Assembly: GCA_026025075.1 (NCBI GenBank)
Contig: JAPEUI010000046.1
Coordinates: 62,001 to 123,337 of the forward strand
Direction of reading: 5' to 3'
From: Vezdaea acicularis
Taxonomy: Eukaryota
Length of the DNA stretch: 61,337 nt
This document shows, piece after piece, positions 25,438 through 38,036 of the stretch. A program made the position numbers and the translations under genes. Below the pieces are notes generated by a model. That model saw only the letters and a list, made by a program, of their open reading frames with translations. It did no database searches and was not told the origin of the DNA. Positions within the stretch are counted from its first letter, which is position 1; the number at the start of each line of letters is the position of its first letter.

Positions 25438-25547
25438 AAAATTTCTCGGTCCCGAGAGTTCGAGATCCCAGAACTATTAAATGACTTGATGCAAACGGGA
25501 CGACCTGTGTTTTACCAAAGCGGGACACGAGAAACTAAAATTTTTCG
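25438..25547 (-). promoter_or_regulatory. RRPE-like ribosome-biogenesis elements upstream of UTP18
   Basis: Minus strand reads CGAAAAATTTT (25537-25547) and CGAGAAATTTT (25438-25448), close to yeast RRPE TGAAAAATTTT. Confidence 0.4.
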
Positions 25548-25793
25548 AATGTCGCAGAAAGATTCAAGGTATGCAAATAGATTTCGTTCCCGGCCAGATA
25601 GGGGCATGGATATAGAATTCAACCACTAACTCATAAAAAGAGGGTCGGAGTTCCACGCTTCAAGTCGCTATGCATACTCCACACGCAGAATCCCACCAAC
25701 GCCAATGCAAATGTACGAAACCATGACGTGAAGGGAACACAATCCGCAACTCTAACCCAATAAGCCTGCGACCTCGTCAAGTATGCTACAGAT

Positions 25794-26984
25794 TTAGTCC
25801 TTCCTCTTCTGCTTCGGTACGTCTATCAGTCGCTCAGTATCTCCACCGCTGCTGTTGCTAGCTACCGTTGAGCTAAGGTCCCCTACATCTACTTCAACTT
25901 TCGCGGGATCTTTCGTCTCATCTAGGTCTATGCTAGACTCCCTGCTTTTCCTCACTAAACGCTCGTTTTCTTCATGGTCAGAAATGTCGTCCTCTAGAGT
26001 GTCGTCCCCGAAGCCTTCGTCCTCATCCTCATTTGGAATTGGTTGATGTTCGGACGGAGCCTGGTATTTGATGAAACTGTCGATGATGTAATATTGCAAG
26101 GCATTCATAACAACCGGGAAGAAGAGCATTACGAAGAATACCTGGATGCGTTCATCTCCTTCAGTCCATCGTAAAGCCCAATCTCCTACTCTCGAGATCC
26201 ACGGCAAAATCTGGAAAATGAAGAGCACACACAACTTCATGCCCATTAATCCCATGAAGTATATGATAGATTGCTTAAACCACCACCATGCTTTCGGTGG
26301 CTGGCCATAATTTCCAGATTGAATCGATTCTCTTGGCTTTCCGAAAGACGTGTATGAGAAAGCAAACGTAAGTATCCGCAGTAGCAGAATAAGGATAGGA
26401 ATTCCAAGAGTTGTCTATGAACCTGCGTAAGCGCGCTTTCATTGCATTCTACTTGGCTATACTGCACTTACATCGATCGCAAGATTGAGCAAGTAGAACG
26501 AGCAAGGGTTGGGCTGGTATTTGTCGTCATCTGAGACCAGAGAAGCCGGCAAAGCCCCACCCGTTGCTTTTACGGTAAGCTGTCCTGCAGACAGCATTGA
26601 CATAAGGAGGTTGGCTATATGTACGAGTACTGATCCGAAAACTTGCTTTGACGCATCGAATGCCCAGATCTTGACGGGCCTCTGTGGCCGCTCTCGCCAG
26701 CGTTTCCACACCAGAGAGAGTAATGCCATTGCCCCTAGGCCACCTTGCACGAATAGCGCAAAGGGACCAAGTAACCTGCACTCTCCATTATCTTCTCTGC
26801 CGTGAGGTCCTTGCCCTGAGACTGCTGCCGCTGTAGCCGTAGCGGCAACGGTAGCTATTGTGCTGATGACAGTTGTCGGTTCGAAAGCGCTGGTGGATAG
26901 CATTGGTGAGACTGAAGGCGCAGTCATTATTGAGAACTCCCCTTGAACGGCTGAGGTAACCGTAATGCCTGGAGGAGGTAACAT
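25794..26984 (-). CDS. STIMATE/YPL162C-like vacuolar membrane protein
   Basis: CRLLGPFALFVQ, KRWRERPQRPVKIWAFDASKQ, NPCSFYLLNLAID|TTLGIP, FPVVMNALQYYIIDSFIK. One intron ~26471-26421. Confidence 0.85.
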
Positions 26985-27906
26985 CTCCGATGGCTTGTTC
27001 AAAGTCTACTTTCGACGCAAGATAGGTGCGAACGCAGGTCGAGAGCAAAGGAAAAACAGCGGATAGACCGTCTGTACGGATAGGTGATCCTATTCGCGAT
27101 GAGGGACTTTACGAGCCGGTGAAGTCATTGGTGGCGGACTGGGGTACGTCGCGTGTTGGAAGAGCCGAAGTAAAGGCTAAGCCAGAGCGACGAAGGGACT
27201 TTGAATAGAGCTACAGTAGATGCAACGAGAACCAACACCTTGATCACTAACTTGGCTGTGGTACAGCTATGGGTTGGAAAGAGAATGATCTGGCGAACTG
27301 GTCATGATTGCTTAGCGACCTTTGGCCTAAGCTCGCGACCGCTCCTGCCGCGAGTAAGGCAACAACTATTCGGGAAATTAAATGCCGAAGTTCACGTCCA
27401 GAACCGGAAAGAATAGTAGAATAATCATGTGTTTTAATTGTACTTTGAGCTTGGTTATCATTGCTTTGGCGTGGAGTTACGCTCAAAAATGAAGGCACGC
27501 GACGTTCACAGTTGGATTGGGGAAGGGTCCAAATAGGGGTTTGAAGCTATTTGAAAAAGTAACCACTAGAGGTACTAATCCCATGCTGAGCCAGAGAAGT
27601 CTGTGGGATATACCAATTCATCCATGCTAGATATCCTGAACCCTCCAGACGCCTCCCAAAACGACCCATTGATCGCTGACCTACGATTAAGCCAGTGACG
27701 CCACCTAAAAGATGCGCTGTTCAAATTGCTTGATTATCCTTTCCGCCACATATCCAGCGTTGTAACTTCGACAAGATAGACTTCGGTGGCTTCCCAGCTT
27801 CTGGTACAGAAGCTTCTTGAAGTTGCGATTGAGGCGCCATAAGGCCACGGCTCTCGTGCTGTACGCTGCCTGGAATGTTCAACAGCACCGAGGGCCGATC
27901 CTCCAG

Positions 27907-28591
27907 TCAATCAATACCATGTTGTTTTTTGAGCTTTTCTAAATTCTCTTGACGCTCCGCTAAATCTTCTTTTGACTTTGCCATCTTCTCAGGCTGGTGG
28001 TATAAGACTGTGGACGAAAATACTAAGCATTGGCTGGTCTTCACATTTGGGATGTGTTACGAACCAACAAGATATCGATTTTGAAAATTAAACCCATTAA
28101 GCTTGTCGCAAGCCTGTTTCGCATCCATGACGTCTTCGTAGACTACGTACACGGTGCCTTTTGTATTATTGGCTATTCCTTGACGAATCTGCCTACTCAA
28201 TACTTAGCCTCGCTCGTGACACGTTTCGGACAACAGTGGATAATTAGATAGAGATCACTCGGTGTTCTTGTATTGCGTAGTGTAATTTAATTGTATATGA
28301 AAGTCCACGTACCGTATAGGGCCGAACTTCCCAAAGAGATCGAAAAGCTCTTCGGAGGTAACGTTATAACTGTAACTTAGTCAACGAGTGTCTTTAGATG
28401 ACTACATCGCCGAAGTCTCAATGTGCTAGTATCAGTGAAGATGACAGACCTCAAGTTCTTGACATAGAGAGCTCTGAATGATAAGATCCGTTAGTCTACG
28501 CCCGAATGAACAACTGCATGGGGTTCAAGGGTCAATGCCCCGCGTCATCTCACCTATTGACCTCAGGCGCAAGTTTCCCGCCTCGACTCAT
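27907..28591 (-). CDS. SF3B6: Splicing factor 3B subunit 6 (p14, branch-site RRM protein); absent from the ORF track
   Basis: Exons 28591-28554, 28473-28450, 28369-28313, 28192-28065 and 28007-27907 translate to [45 protein letters not shown]...[33 protein letters not shown]...HGID*. Confidence 0.95.
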
Positions 28592-29068
28592 ATCTTTAGA
28601 CCGAAAGACTTTTGTCAAGCTTGGTATTCCAAAGGACAAGCTTAGTGGTGGAGAGCGTAGCTGCAGTCGCTGGTTATGTTCGAAGTCGCAAGGACGCTGC
28701 CTCTTTTAGTTATGTTGAAGAGGAACGGTTTGGCCGCTTTCAAATTGTCTTGATGAAGACCGCCGCTAAATTACGCGAGACCGCGCCCAAATCTACTTCC
28801 GGCTTCCTGTAAACCTCCACTGTCGACCCCTCCGCAACTTGACTCCAGCCTCCACATATCTTCACAACCCCTCCACGCTTCCGAAATTCATCGTTTCGAA
28901 ATTATCCGATTTACGAGCTTCTCATATCATTCAAGGTTGTTTTGTCACGCTTTTGACCCAAACCTTGCTCGCTCTCATTTCGCTGCGTCTCGGTGAAGCG
29001 AACTCTCCGCTCTTCATGAAGGAATCAACGACAGTCACGAAAGAAGAGCGGATGGAGAGTTAGCGGTC

Positions 29069-32000
29069 ATGGCAAGCTTCTTGAAACCACCAGGTCAACC
29101 TCAAATTCGACCAGTCCGCTATCGCACCCCTTCACCTCCTCTACGACACTACGTCGAGCACCATTCCCCAGCCGAGGGTAAAGCGAGTATCGACAATGTT
29201 TCACGGAGAGGACCGCATACAGTGACTGCGAAGCGAAACGGGGTACAAAATGGTCGGGTAGATGCGTTGGATACCAGTGCTATCAGTATAGCAGAGGATA
29301 TCATATGGAAGAATGCAGAGAACGGGCGGCGCAACACGTCTGCCATGGACGCGTTTGCGACTATCGCTTTGGCTACGAGCCCTCGATTCAGCTCGAACTC
29401 ATATCATATTCTCAGAAGGAGCGAGAAATGTGACAACAAGGATAATAGAAGGCTCGATATTGAATACGGTGCTGGTGTTCATGACCACCAAACATTTGAC
29501 GGCTACGAGGGTATGAGTGAACGGCCATGGAAAAGGGCACGCTCAGAAGTACCTGCGATCAAACGACCCATCAAAGGTAGCTCAAGACCGTATAGTAGCC
29601 ACATAACCTCATCCACACCGCCGTCGTCCGTCTCTGCACAAGGATATAACGGGGCTTATATAAACTTACCAATTGCATCGGAATCTGATAGTCGAACCCA
29701 TGATGCGGAGCTCCTTCTCAACTTCAGTCGGCCTTCTTTCCACATATCTGCAAGTCATACTTCCACGACTAAAGATCAATCACCCTTTACCGGACTCGAC
29801 AGAGCTAAGGCTGATGGAACTACCCAGTTGACCGTGGACACGCATGTTCCTACCTATGAAGAGTTTGTAAATGGTACGCTGCAGGACCTGCATGAGAATG
29901 ATGCTATGAAGGCGGATATGCGCAACCCAGGGGAACGGATCCCTAAACATACAGCGATGCACCGAGGTGGCGCGAAGGATATACAACCAACGCGTGGAGA
30001 TGGAAGCCACGGCACTTATTCATCCGAGTTCCACCCTCCTTATGCCTTCTCACCAGGACGGGTATACTCAGACATTCGAGTATATGACCGCGACGGAAGT
30101 ATGGGGAAGATTCAGCTGCCAGCAGATGATTTGAGTGCTGTTAGTGGCGATGACCACCCTGCCTCAACGAAAAAGCGTACGCCCTCTAGCCGCGGATGGC
30201 CAAAGGGTAAGCCACGACCGCATCGTCGCGAGCTACCAAAAGAGGGTGCTGTGACTTTACCCTTGAAAATGAAGGGAGGATCGAAACATCAACAGCGGCA
30301 GAACAGAGGGTCAGGTCTTGCAACATATGGGACGGCACAAAGTCAAAATGAATCCATTACATTTTCTCACAAATATCTTGGCTACAATTACCCAACGGCA
30401 CCCTTCAATGGCTTTGCGCACGATGATGCCAATAGGAAAGCATTAGCACAATCTACATCTGCGGTCTCAGGATCCGCTTTTGGTGATCTCCACGACGACA
30501 ACTTGTATCCAGGTTCAAGACACGACTATTTGTCCCCCCTCGAGTTGATAAGACCTCGATCTGCGCCAGGTTCAACAGCCAGTGATACGAGACCTGCCAA
30601 TAAACAGGAACCCTACTTCGACTTCTATGGTACTCGAATTAGTTCGACGGTAAGGGCTAAGTCGGTTCCCAGCGATGATAGAGGCAAGCAAATCTCGGCC
30701 GGTCCAGTGCAATATGGAGATGACTCATCGGCTCATTACCCTTATGACTTTAATCAGACAAGATGTGCTGGCTGTGCTATGCTCCAGGGCTCAGTTGGCG
30801 AATCAACGGATTTTGAAGCTGTTTCTTGGATTAGCTGTGACGGTTGCAAACAGTGGTTCCACGTTGCATGTGCAGGCTTTACCGAGAAAGAGGCGAAAAC
30901 AGTTGATAAATACAGCTGCCGGCAATGCTACAAATCTTGCGGTCCTACAACATGTAAGTTTCATGGAGATCTGTTGCGCGATCAGATGCTGACGTTCCAG
31001 TTGTTCGAAAATCCACAAGAGCACATACAGCAATTGATTATGCTGGGCTCAATGAAGGGGTCGTAAAGACTTCCTCCGACAATCCAGATCATCCCTATAT
31101 TAAGCCAATCAAAGAGGCAACCGTCCAATTCTTACCTGATAACTTTGCCCGGCTGAAGCCTGAGCTGGTAACAAGAGAATACTTCGAAAAAGGAGAAGGC
31201 ATGAAAGAGCCAGTGGTCATATTGGCTTCTGAAAACCCACGACCAGCTAATAGTCCCAGCACATATGATGCACTAGCAGTCGAAGTTGATTTCTTCCAGA
31301 TGACTTCTCCCTTAGCAAGAACAATGATAAAGCAGTGGTTCTCGCGGGGACCCCATGAAACCGATGTTCCAACGGAAGGGGAGGACAAGCTTGATATGGT
31401 CATTCCACGTGATCTGAGTGTACGACACGTTGCCCATCTATATGGTCTTGAGGAGAAAGTTGAAGTAATTGATGTGAAGTCTCAAGGTGAAGCTGGTCCT
31501 TGGAATATGAGGAAATGGGCAGATTATTACGAGAGCAAGGAGAAACGGACCATTCGTAACGTCATAAGCCTGGAGATATCGTCAAGCAAACTAGGCAAAC
31601 TCGTCAAGCGTCCCCGGATAGTGCGCGAGATGGACTTAGCCGACTCCGTTTGGCCACCGGAACTGAAGGCTAAAGGCGACTTTCCAAAGGTTCAACTCTA
31701 CTGTCTAATGTCCGTTGCAGATTCATTCACAGATTTTCATATCGACTTTGGTGGCTCGTCTGTTTTCTATCATGTCCTGAAAGGAAGAAAGACATTCCTC
31801 TTCATACCTCCGAAGCCAAAGCATCTGAAGAAGTATGAACAGTGGTGTTTGTCGCCTGCACAAAACCAGACTTTCCTTCCTGATCAAACGAAGGAGTGTA
31901 TCAGAGTGGACCTTTCCGCAGGAGATACTATGCTGATACCTTCAGGCTGGATTCACGCCGTGTGGACACCAGAAGATAGCCTCGTCATTGGCGGCAACTA

Positions 32001-34473
32001 CCTTACCAGATCGCACTATAGTATGCAGCTCCAGATCGCGGAGATCGAGAAGAACACCCGTGTCCCAAGGAAATTTCGATATCCCAAGTTCCAAAAAGTA
32101 ATGTGGTACACTGCTATCCGGTATTTAAAGGACGACCCCCTTCCAGAAAGTGTCATCGAACTCTTCAATGAGGGACAAGTCTTTTGTCGCACCATGCCGA
32201 CATATACCGAATCGGCTGGACCAAGACCCGAAAGCCTAAGGGGGACGGCTAATTTCCACGCAAGGCATTATTCCCGATTTGAATTGGACGGCCTTCCAGA
32301 TCTTGTACGTTATCTTCAAAGAACAGCTCTAATATCCACAGGAAAAATTACGGACGGCATTACCGTAGATACCAAGAAGCGTGTCATGAGCAGCATACCA
32401 AAAGGGCTTGGCGATCCAGTGGAATTTATCAAAAGACTTGCCATCTGGTCTGCGTGGAAGCGAGGTAACGAGTGCATACCACATTGGGCCTATCCTGACT
32501 ACGTCAACGTCGACAATGCACAGGGTGCAGATGACAAGAAGATTAGTGCTACTGCCTTAAAACGACTTGAAAGGGAGGCAGCATTGGCAGCAAAGCGTGT
32601 AGCTCCTTCACGGCAGTCTTTGCGTAAGCAAGCCCAGGAGAAGTCAGTCGCAGATGCGACAGGCTCCTCAACACATCCAGTCACCACTCCGAGCCCTCCG
32701 GTAGAACTTATGGCGAACGGGCGCCTGATATCGAGTACTATCGAGGATGAGTCAGGCCCAGGTATCAAGGGCGAGCAATCCATGAAGAAACCCAGGCGTC
32801 AAGGGCAGAATCAGGATATGCCCTTTGGATCAAAGCCGGTTACGACTCCGAAGAGTTCTGTCCTGGGCCCTAAAAGAGTTGCATGCGATGCTTGCCGTAA
32901 ACGCCGCGTGAGATGCAAACACAAAGATGATGTTGACCTTCTGAGTGGCTCTGGAAGAGCCACCAACAATATTGCACTTGCGTCGCAGCAAACAGACATT
33001 AGCTCTGTACAGCAAGCAACCCGTGGTCAATCTCCCAATCGGAACAGAAAAGCATCCGACCAGTCTCCACCAGCCACACCAACCTATCACCAATCAACCA
33101 TATTCTTCGACCAACTGATGCTTGGGACCAGCGATTCCATACTACAGATGACAGCGTTGTCTTCCAGCGTGCATCCAATGACGCCAGCCGAATCTGGCGA
33201 AACACAAACTCCCGATGGAAGTTCGAACAATAAGAAGGGCAGGAGCAAAGCTTGCGATGAGTGTCGTAGAAGCAAAGTGAGTTATTCATTCGCAACCTTA
33301 TTATCAAATTCGCAAAGTTCAGTATGATGACCCTTACAATAGCGCCGATGCGTTCACGACGGAAATGGCAACATTGACCCTACAAAAGTTCAAGAAGCCG
33401 TAGAGAAAAGAGCTGCAAGCCAGCAGAAGCGTGCTCGTGCTACTTCGGACGCTGCCGGCGCTCCTTCATCGAAAAAGGCTAAGCAGGAGATGGAAAATAA
33501 GGCATCACCTGTTGGACCTCAACTACAGGAGGATACTATGGTCGAATCTTTATTCCCAGAGCATGAAGATCTAGCGAAGAAACATCCTCCGCATACAAAG
33601 TCAGTAGACCCGCGCCATGTCAGGTCTGATTTGCATTCAGATCCGATGGTAGAGATAGTGGCCAACGTTACCTGCAATCCTCCATTTCGCCAGCAGATAA
33701 GCGATAATCCGGTTGGGGAATATACAGGATATATTGGCGAAAAGCTGGAGAGGGACGCCGCATGTGGCCATGATCAAACAACAGAGTATCAACTAGGCAT
33801 TGCAGCTCCGATTGATTGGGGCAACACGGATTCGCAGCAAGAGGGTCTGGACGATGAGATTCAGTTGATTGCCACTTCGCCGAACCATTCGAATTCAAGC
33901 AAGTCCAAGATGGCTCTGGGTGGGAGATCTGTGAGAGATAGGCAGCTGGCGCACGCCACAGATAATGGGACTCGAGGCATGGAACCGCAAACACCTCAGA
34001 GGCAGGAAGACCCTAGCGCTACGAGTCCCCTATCGTCACCCTCTTCATCCCCGTCCAATCGCGCCTTGTCCTCTCCACCAGCGGGTGATTCCACAACACC
34101 GACTTCTACATCGGCTCCTACCTCCTCGCGTCGCTCTTCTCGCGCTCCGAAGCAAGTCCAGCTCTTCTCGCACGAACAGGTCAAAGGCAGCTATCTGACC
34201 CGCGATCCGAAGCCGCGGGCAAGGAGTTTCACGCAGACTTTCAACGTTGAGAGCAATTCACCCGAGACGGGACAACGCAGAGGAAGTACCCCGAATAAAT
34301 CGAGTATCCAGAATAAGACGAGGCGAGTAAGTGCGCCGGAGGCAAAGGTGGAGGAAGGCGCAGATAGACCGGATCCACGGCCAGCGGAAGAGAGGGAGAA
34401 AACAGAGGAGGAGCTCAGTCTGGCACTGGCGCGGGAGTTGCAATTTGGGTTGAGAAGGCGAGGAGTTAAATAA
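29069..34473 (+). CDS. JHD1: JmjC-domain histone demethylase (Jhd1/KDM2-like) with PHD finger
   Basis: PHD (WISCDGCKQWFHVAC..YSCRQC); JmjC with FTDFHIDFGG, K and GWIHAV catalytic residues; introns 30954-31000 and 33278-33342. Confidence 0.93.
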
Positions 34474-34937
34474 TGAACCACGGCTCGGACAGAGTCGTGC
34501 ATCGGAGTTTTGCCACTGGAGTTACCGGAGATGAGGATGAGAAATAGGTTTATCGCTTGCTTTTCGCAGCACTCTGATATCACTCTGCGTTTTGGGGTTC
34601 TTGGGCGGCGCTTTGGGAGGTGATACGAGCTACGATGGAGTGCGGGGGAAAAATCTGGCCCCCGTAAATATATACAATTTGCTAATCATCTCTGACTTAA
34701 CGTTATGGTATATCGGACTTCACATACTGGGCTCTTGCTCTCAGCCCATTCATTTAAAGTAGCTACCAATTTGCTCTGCAGCTTTCCTCCTTATTCGGAG
34801 GCCCGGCTGGATAAGCCGCAAGTGTTAGCCTTCGGGACGTAAAGCCCAGCGGTGTTCGAAGACTTTTCGCTCAGTGAACGCGGTCATCTGGGCATGACTT
34901 CCGGACGACCAAAAAGCCGGGGAGGACCGGAGATCAG

Positions 34938-34986
34938 ATCAGACAAGCGAATCTTATCAGATCGAAGCCAGTAATCTTATCAGATC
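34938..34986 (-). promoter_or_regulatory. Tandem SreA/Sre1-type iron-responsive GATA boxes (ATCWGATAA)
   Basis: 14-bp direct repeat AATCTTATCAGATC at 34950 and 34973, each containing ATCTGATAA on the minus strand; a 1-mismatch inverted copy ATCAGACAA at 34938. Confidence 0.75.
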
Positions 34987-35839
34987 ATCAGGCCCACGCC
35001 CAGCTGCAGGGACGCCAAATGGAGGCGTTCCGCCTCGTCCCACCTTTTGGCGGGGCAAAGCGGTCTGCTCAGCCAGCCCTCTACGCTTCACATGTCAGCA
35101 AGCAAGAATCAGCTACGCCCCAACTGCTCTCTGTTTGAGAGCTGAGAGAATTGATTCCACCCGACTGTGATCTAGCCCGCTAGGGACGCCGAATAAAGGA
35201 AGCCGCAAGTGTAGACTAGCTGGTCGGTAATGATTCATCGAGAGGAACAAGTGACTTTTTAGGCGAACCCGATCCTCCCTCCTGCTCCTCCGCCATAGGG
35301 GACATTGCGGGTTCTTTGGTACGTATAGAAAGTATCCATCACGGACGGGGAGTTGCCAAGTTTTGCGCGCTTAACCCCGCAAACTGTTCGATACACGGAC
35401 CTCGCGCCAGAGAATACACAGCATGCGCCTGGACCCTCGTGGGGTGTCTGCATCGAGTCAATTGAGCGGAGAACTCGAGGGGAGCGGCGGTGAGATGCGA
35501 TGGGATATCGACCTTTCTCGGGCTCCTCCTACCGAAAACAACCGCACGCGCCAATCGCCCATGCGCCTCGCTTCCCAATCATGGCCGTGTGCTGAGTAGG
35601 GCCTGACATGCATCTTCTGCAAGATTCTTCTTCTTCTTCAGCTGCCATGCCCTCTTTAATAATTGCCTGCCCCGCCGTGATCCGCCGTTGTGCTCCAGCT
35701 GTATTATAGTTCATCTCTCAAATTTCTTTCCGTCGTGTCTTCCATAAGAATTCTATCGCGCTTCTTGAGGCCCAGCGCGATCAACACCGCTTTCGCTCGT
35801 CATAGTCGCCTCATCCCACAATCCTCGGCCCGGCTCACG

Positions 35840-38036
35840 ATGTCTGGTGAGCATACCGCCTTGAACGCGTTTTTACCCCTTTAATTTGAGAACAGGATCG
35901 TTCTTGTTTTCATGGGCAAAGGGTTTCCCTAGACTAATTCTCATGATTGGTAGAATCTAATTGCCTGATGCATCCTCTTTCAATCGCCACTTCCTCGGCT
36001 CTCCTCGAAGAACAAGAGCGGAAACCGGAGCACAACCATATACCTACCACATCCACTTCTCACCCCGAGGATCCAATCCCAGAAGAACCGCAGCCTAATC
36101 ACCACCATGCGCCCTCTCTTTCGTCTTTGGACACCTCGCTACACTCCTCGGCACCATCGATGATATACTCGGAGACAGCGAGCGAGTCGGAGTTGCCAGA
36201 CACCCCTGTGAGCGGCATCGTCGATCTGGCCGAATTCCCTGGAGGGTCGAATACCGAGTCGACACCAGAACGCGATGTGATACGTGTGGGCGGGAGGCGG
36301 CGGGCCTCGACGAAGCTTATCTCCCAAAATGCGAATGATCTGCGGCGCCTGCTCAAGCCGGTGATGGGTGGCACTCACCAGATCGAGAAGGTCTGCTGCG
36401 GGGGAGGGTGCTCGCTCATGAACAAGGTGGAGACCGAAGAGCGTTCTGGCTCACTCACACCGATTGTCCCGCCGGATAATGACGCGTATCGAAGCCTCCG
36501 AATCAATCTCGGCGAATTGACCCTTGGCAGCAAACTTGATAAAGTCGTTGATCTTGCTCCTCAAAAGATCTCCTTCACGCCGTTCCCAGCCGTTGAGACA
36601 CAGCCACAGTCGACTGTTGAGGTTCACCCGCCTACGTTTGTTCAGCCTCACCCTCCGTATAATGTTTACTCTGCCCCAATCTCCCACGCGCGAGCGCTGA
36701 CGAGGCCTGGAGCGGAAAAGCGTACATATCATTTCGACCTGGATGTCACAAATTACCCTACCGAAAGTGGAACTGTCGATTTCGTGGTCGGTGGCGCGGT
36801 TGGCGTGTGCGCCCCAAACAGCGATGAGGTTGTTGACGACGTTTTCGACGAGCTGGGCGTGCCCAGATTCGTGCGCGATCGCCCTGTTGTTGTTAAAACT
36901 GAGGACGGTCGATGGCCAACTATATGGGGCGATGAGATGGCAAGGGAGCTTGTAACGACTCGGCGGGAGCTCCTGACCTGGTGTACGGACCTCCAGAGCT
37001 ACCCACCGACCAAACGACTTTTTAGACTTTTGGCAGAATATGCCGAAGATGAGAATGAGAAAAAGATCCTCATGTATCTTTCTGCAGCTCAAGGGCAAGC
37101 AGCATTCTGCGAGTAAGTTTCCCGAGTCTTTCACGTGGTGGCACTTTCTAATTGGATCGTTAGTCTACGAACAGGACCACATATTACCGTTGGACAGCTT
37201 CTACACGCCTTTCCTTCGTCCAAACCCCCTCTTTCCCACCTCTTGTCCACTTTGCAACAGCTTATGCCGCGTTTCTACTCGCTGTCAAACGACCCACATG
37301 TCACGTGTGACATTGAGGGACGAGCCTGCAGACGTATAATCGAAATTGCTGTCACCGTCCACGAAACCGACAACTGGCGGGGCGGGCCTCGAACAGGAGT
37401 CGGGTCTGGATTTTTCGAGCGGTGTGCGAAGAAAATTGCAGCCGCTGAAGCTGCCGGCGTCGACCCAAGTACATTAGACCTCCGAGTCCCCATGTTCCGA
37501 GGCTTGATGTCCAACCCGCTCGCTCGCGAGTTTGTCTCTGACGGACCCATGCTCCTGATCGGCGCGGGAGTCGGAGTCGCCCCTTTCCGCGGCTTTGTCC
37601 AGCGACGACTGAAGAACGCCAATTGCGCCAACAAAGTCTGGGTCTTGCAGGGCGTGCGAGATTCACTGCTCGACGAACTGTATAGCGGCGAGTGGGGCGT
37701 CCATGAAGACGAGGTCAAGAAAGTCGTTCAGAGCCGCAAGGGCGAAGGGAAATATGTACAGGAAGAGGTCCGAGTGCAGGCAGATCTGGTCTGGTATATC
37801 ATCAATGCCCTCGACGGCCGCGTCTTCGTCTGCGGGAGTAGCAAGGGCATGGGCGAGGGTGTCGAGGCGGCGCTAGTCGACGTGGCTATCGATAAGGGCA
37901 AGATGAACCTCCAGGAGGCTCAGGAGTTCTGGCAGCAGAAAAAGGCTGCCGGACAGTACATATCTGTGAGTGAAGCCCTCCCGATTGGACCTGGCTTTGG
38001 GTTTCCTAAACTGACATCTACTAGGAGACGTGGTGA
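35840..38036 (+). CDS. FAD/NADPH-binding reductase of the CPR/sulfite-reductase flavoprotein family, lacking a flavodoxin domain
   Basis: KRTYHFDLD, GGAVGVCAPN, PRFYSLS, GVGSGF, LIGAGVGVAPFRGF, KYVQ, FVCG and terminal ETW*. Exon 1 35840-35846; introns 35847-35953, ~37113-37163 and ~37966-38024. Confidence 0.85.

Noticed and set aside
1..34473. Apparent cluster of RNA and protein quality-control genes (UBR1, RAT1, RQC2, UTP18, SF3B6)
   Set aside because: They are interspersed with unrelated housekeeping genes and share no visible regulatory motif; ordinary core-gene synteny explains it.
35552..35600. CCAAT boxes as HapX bipartite sites (CSAAT-N12-RWT)
   Set aside because: Neither box has RWT at the required spacing.
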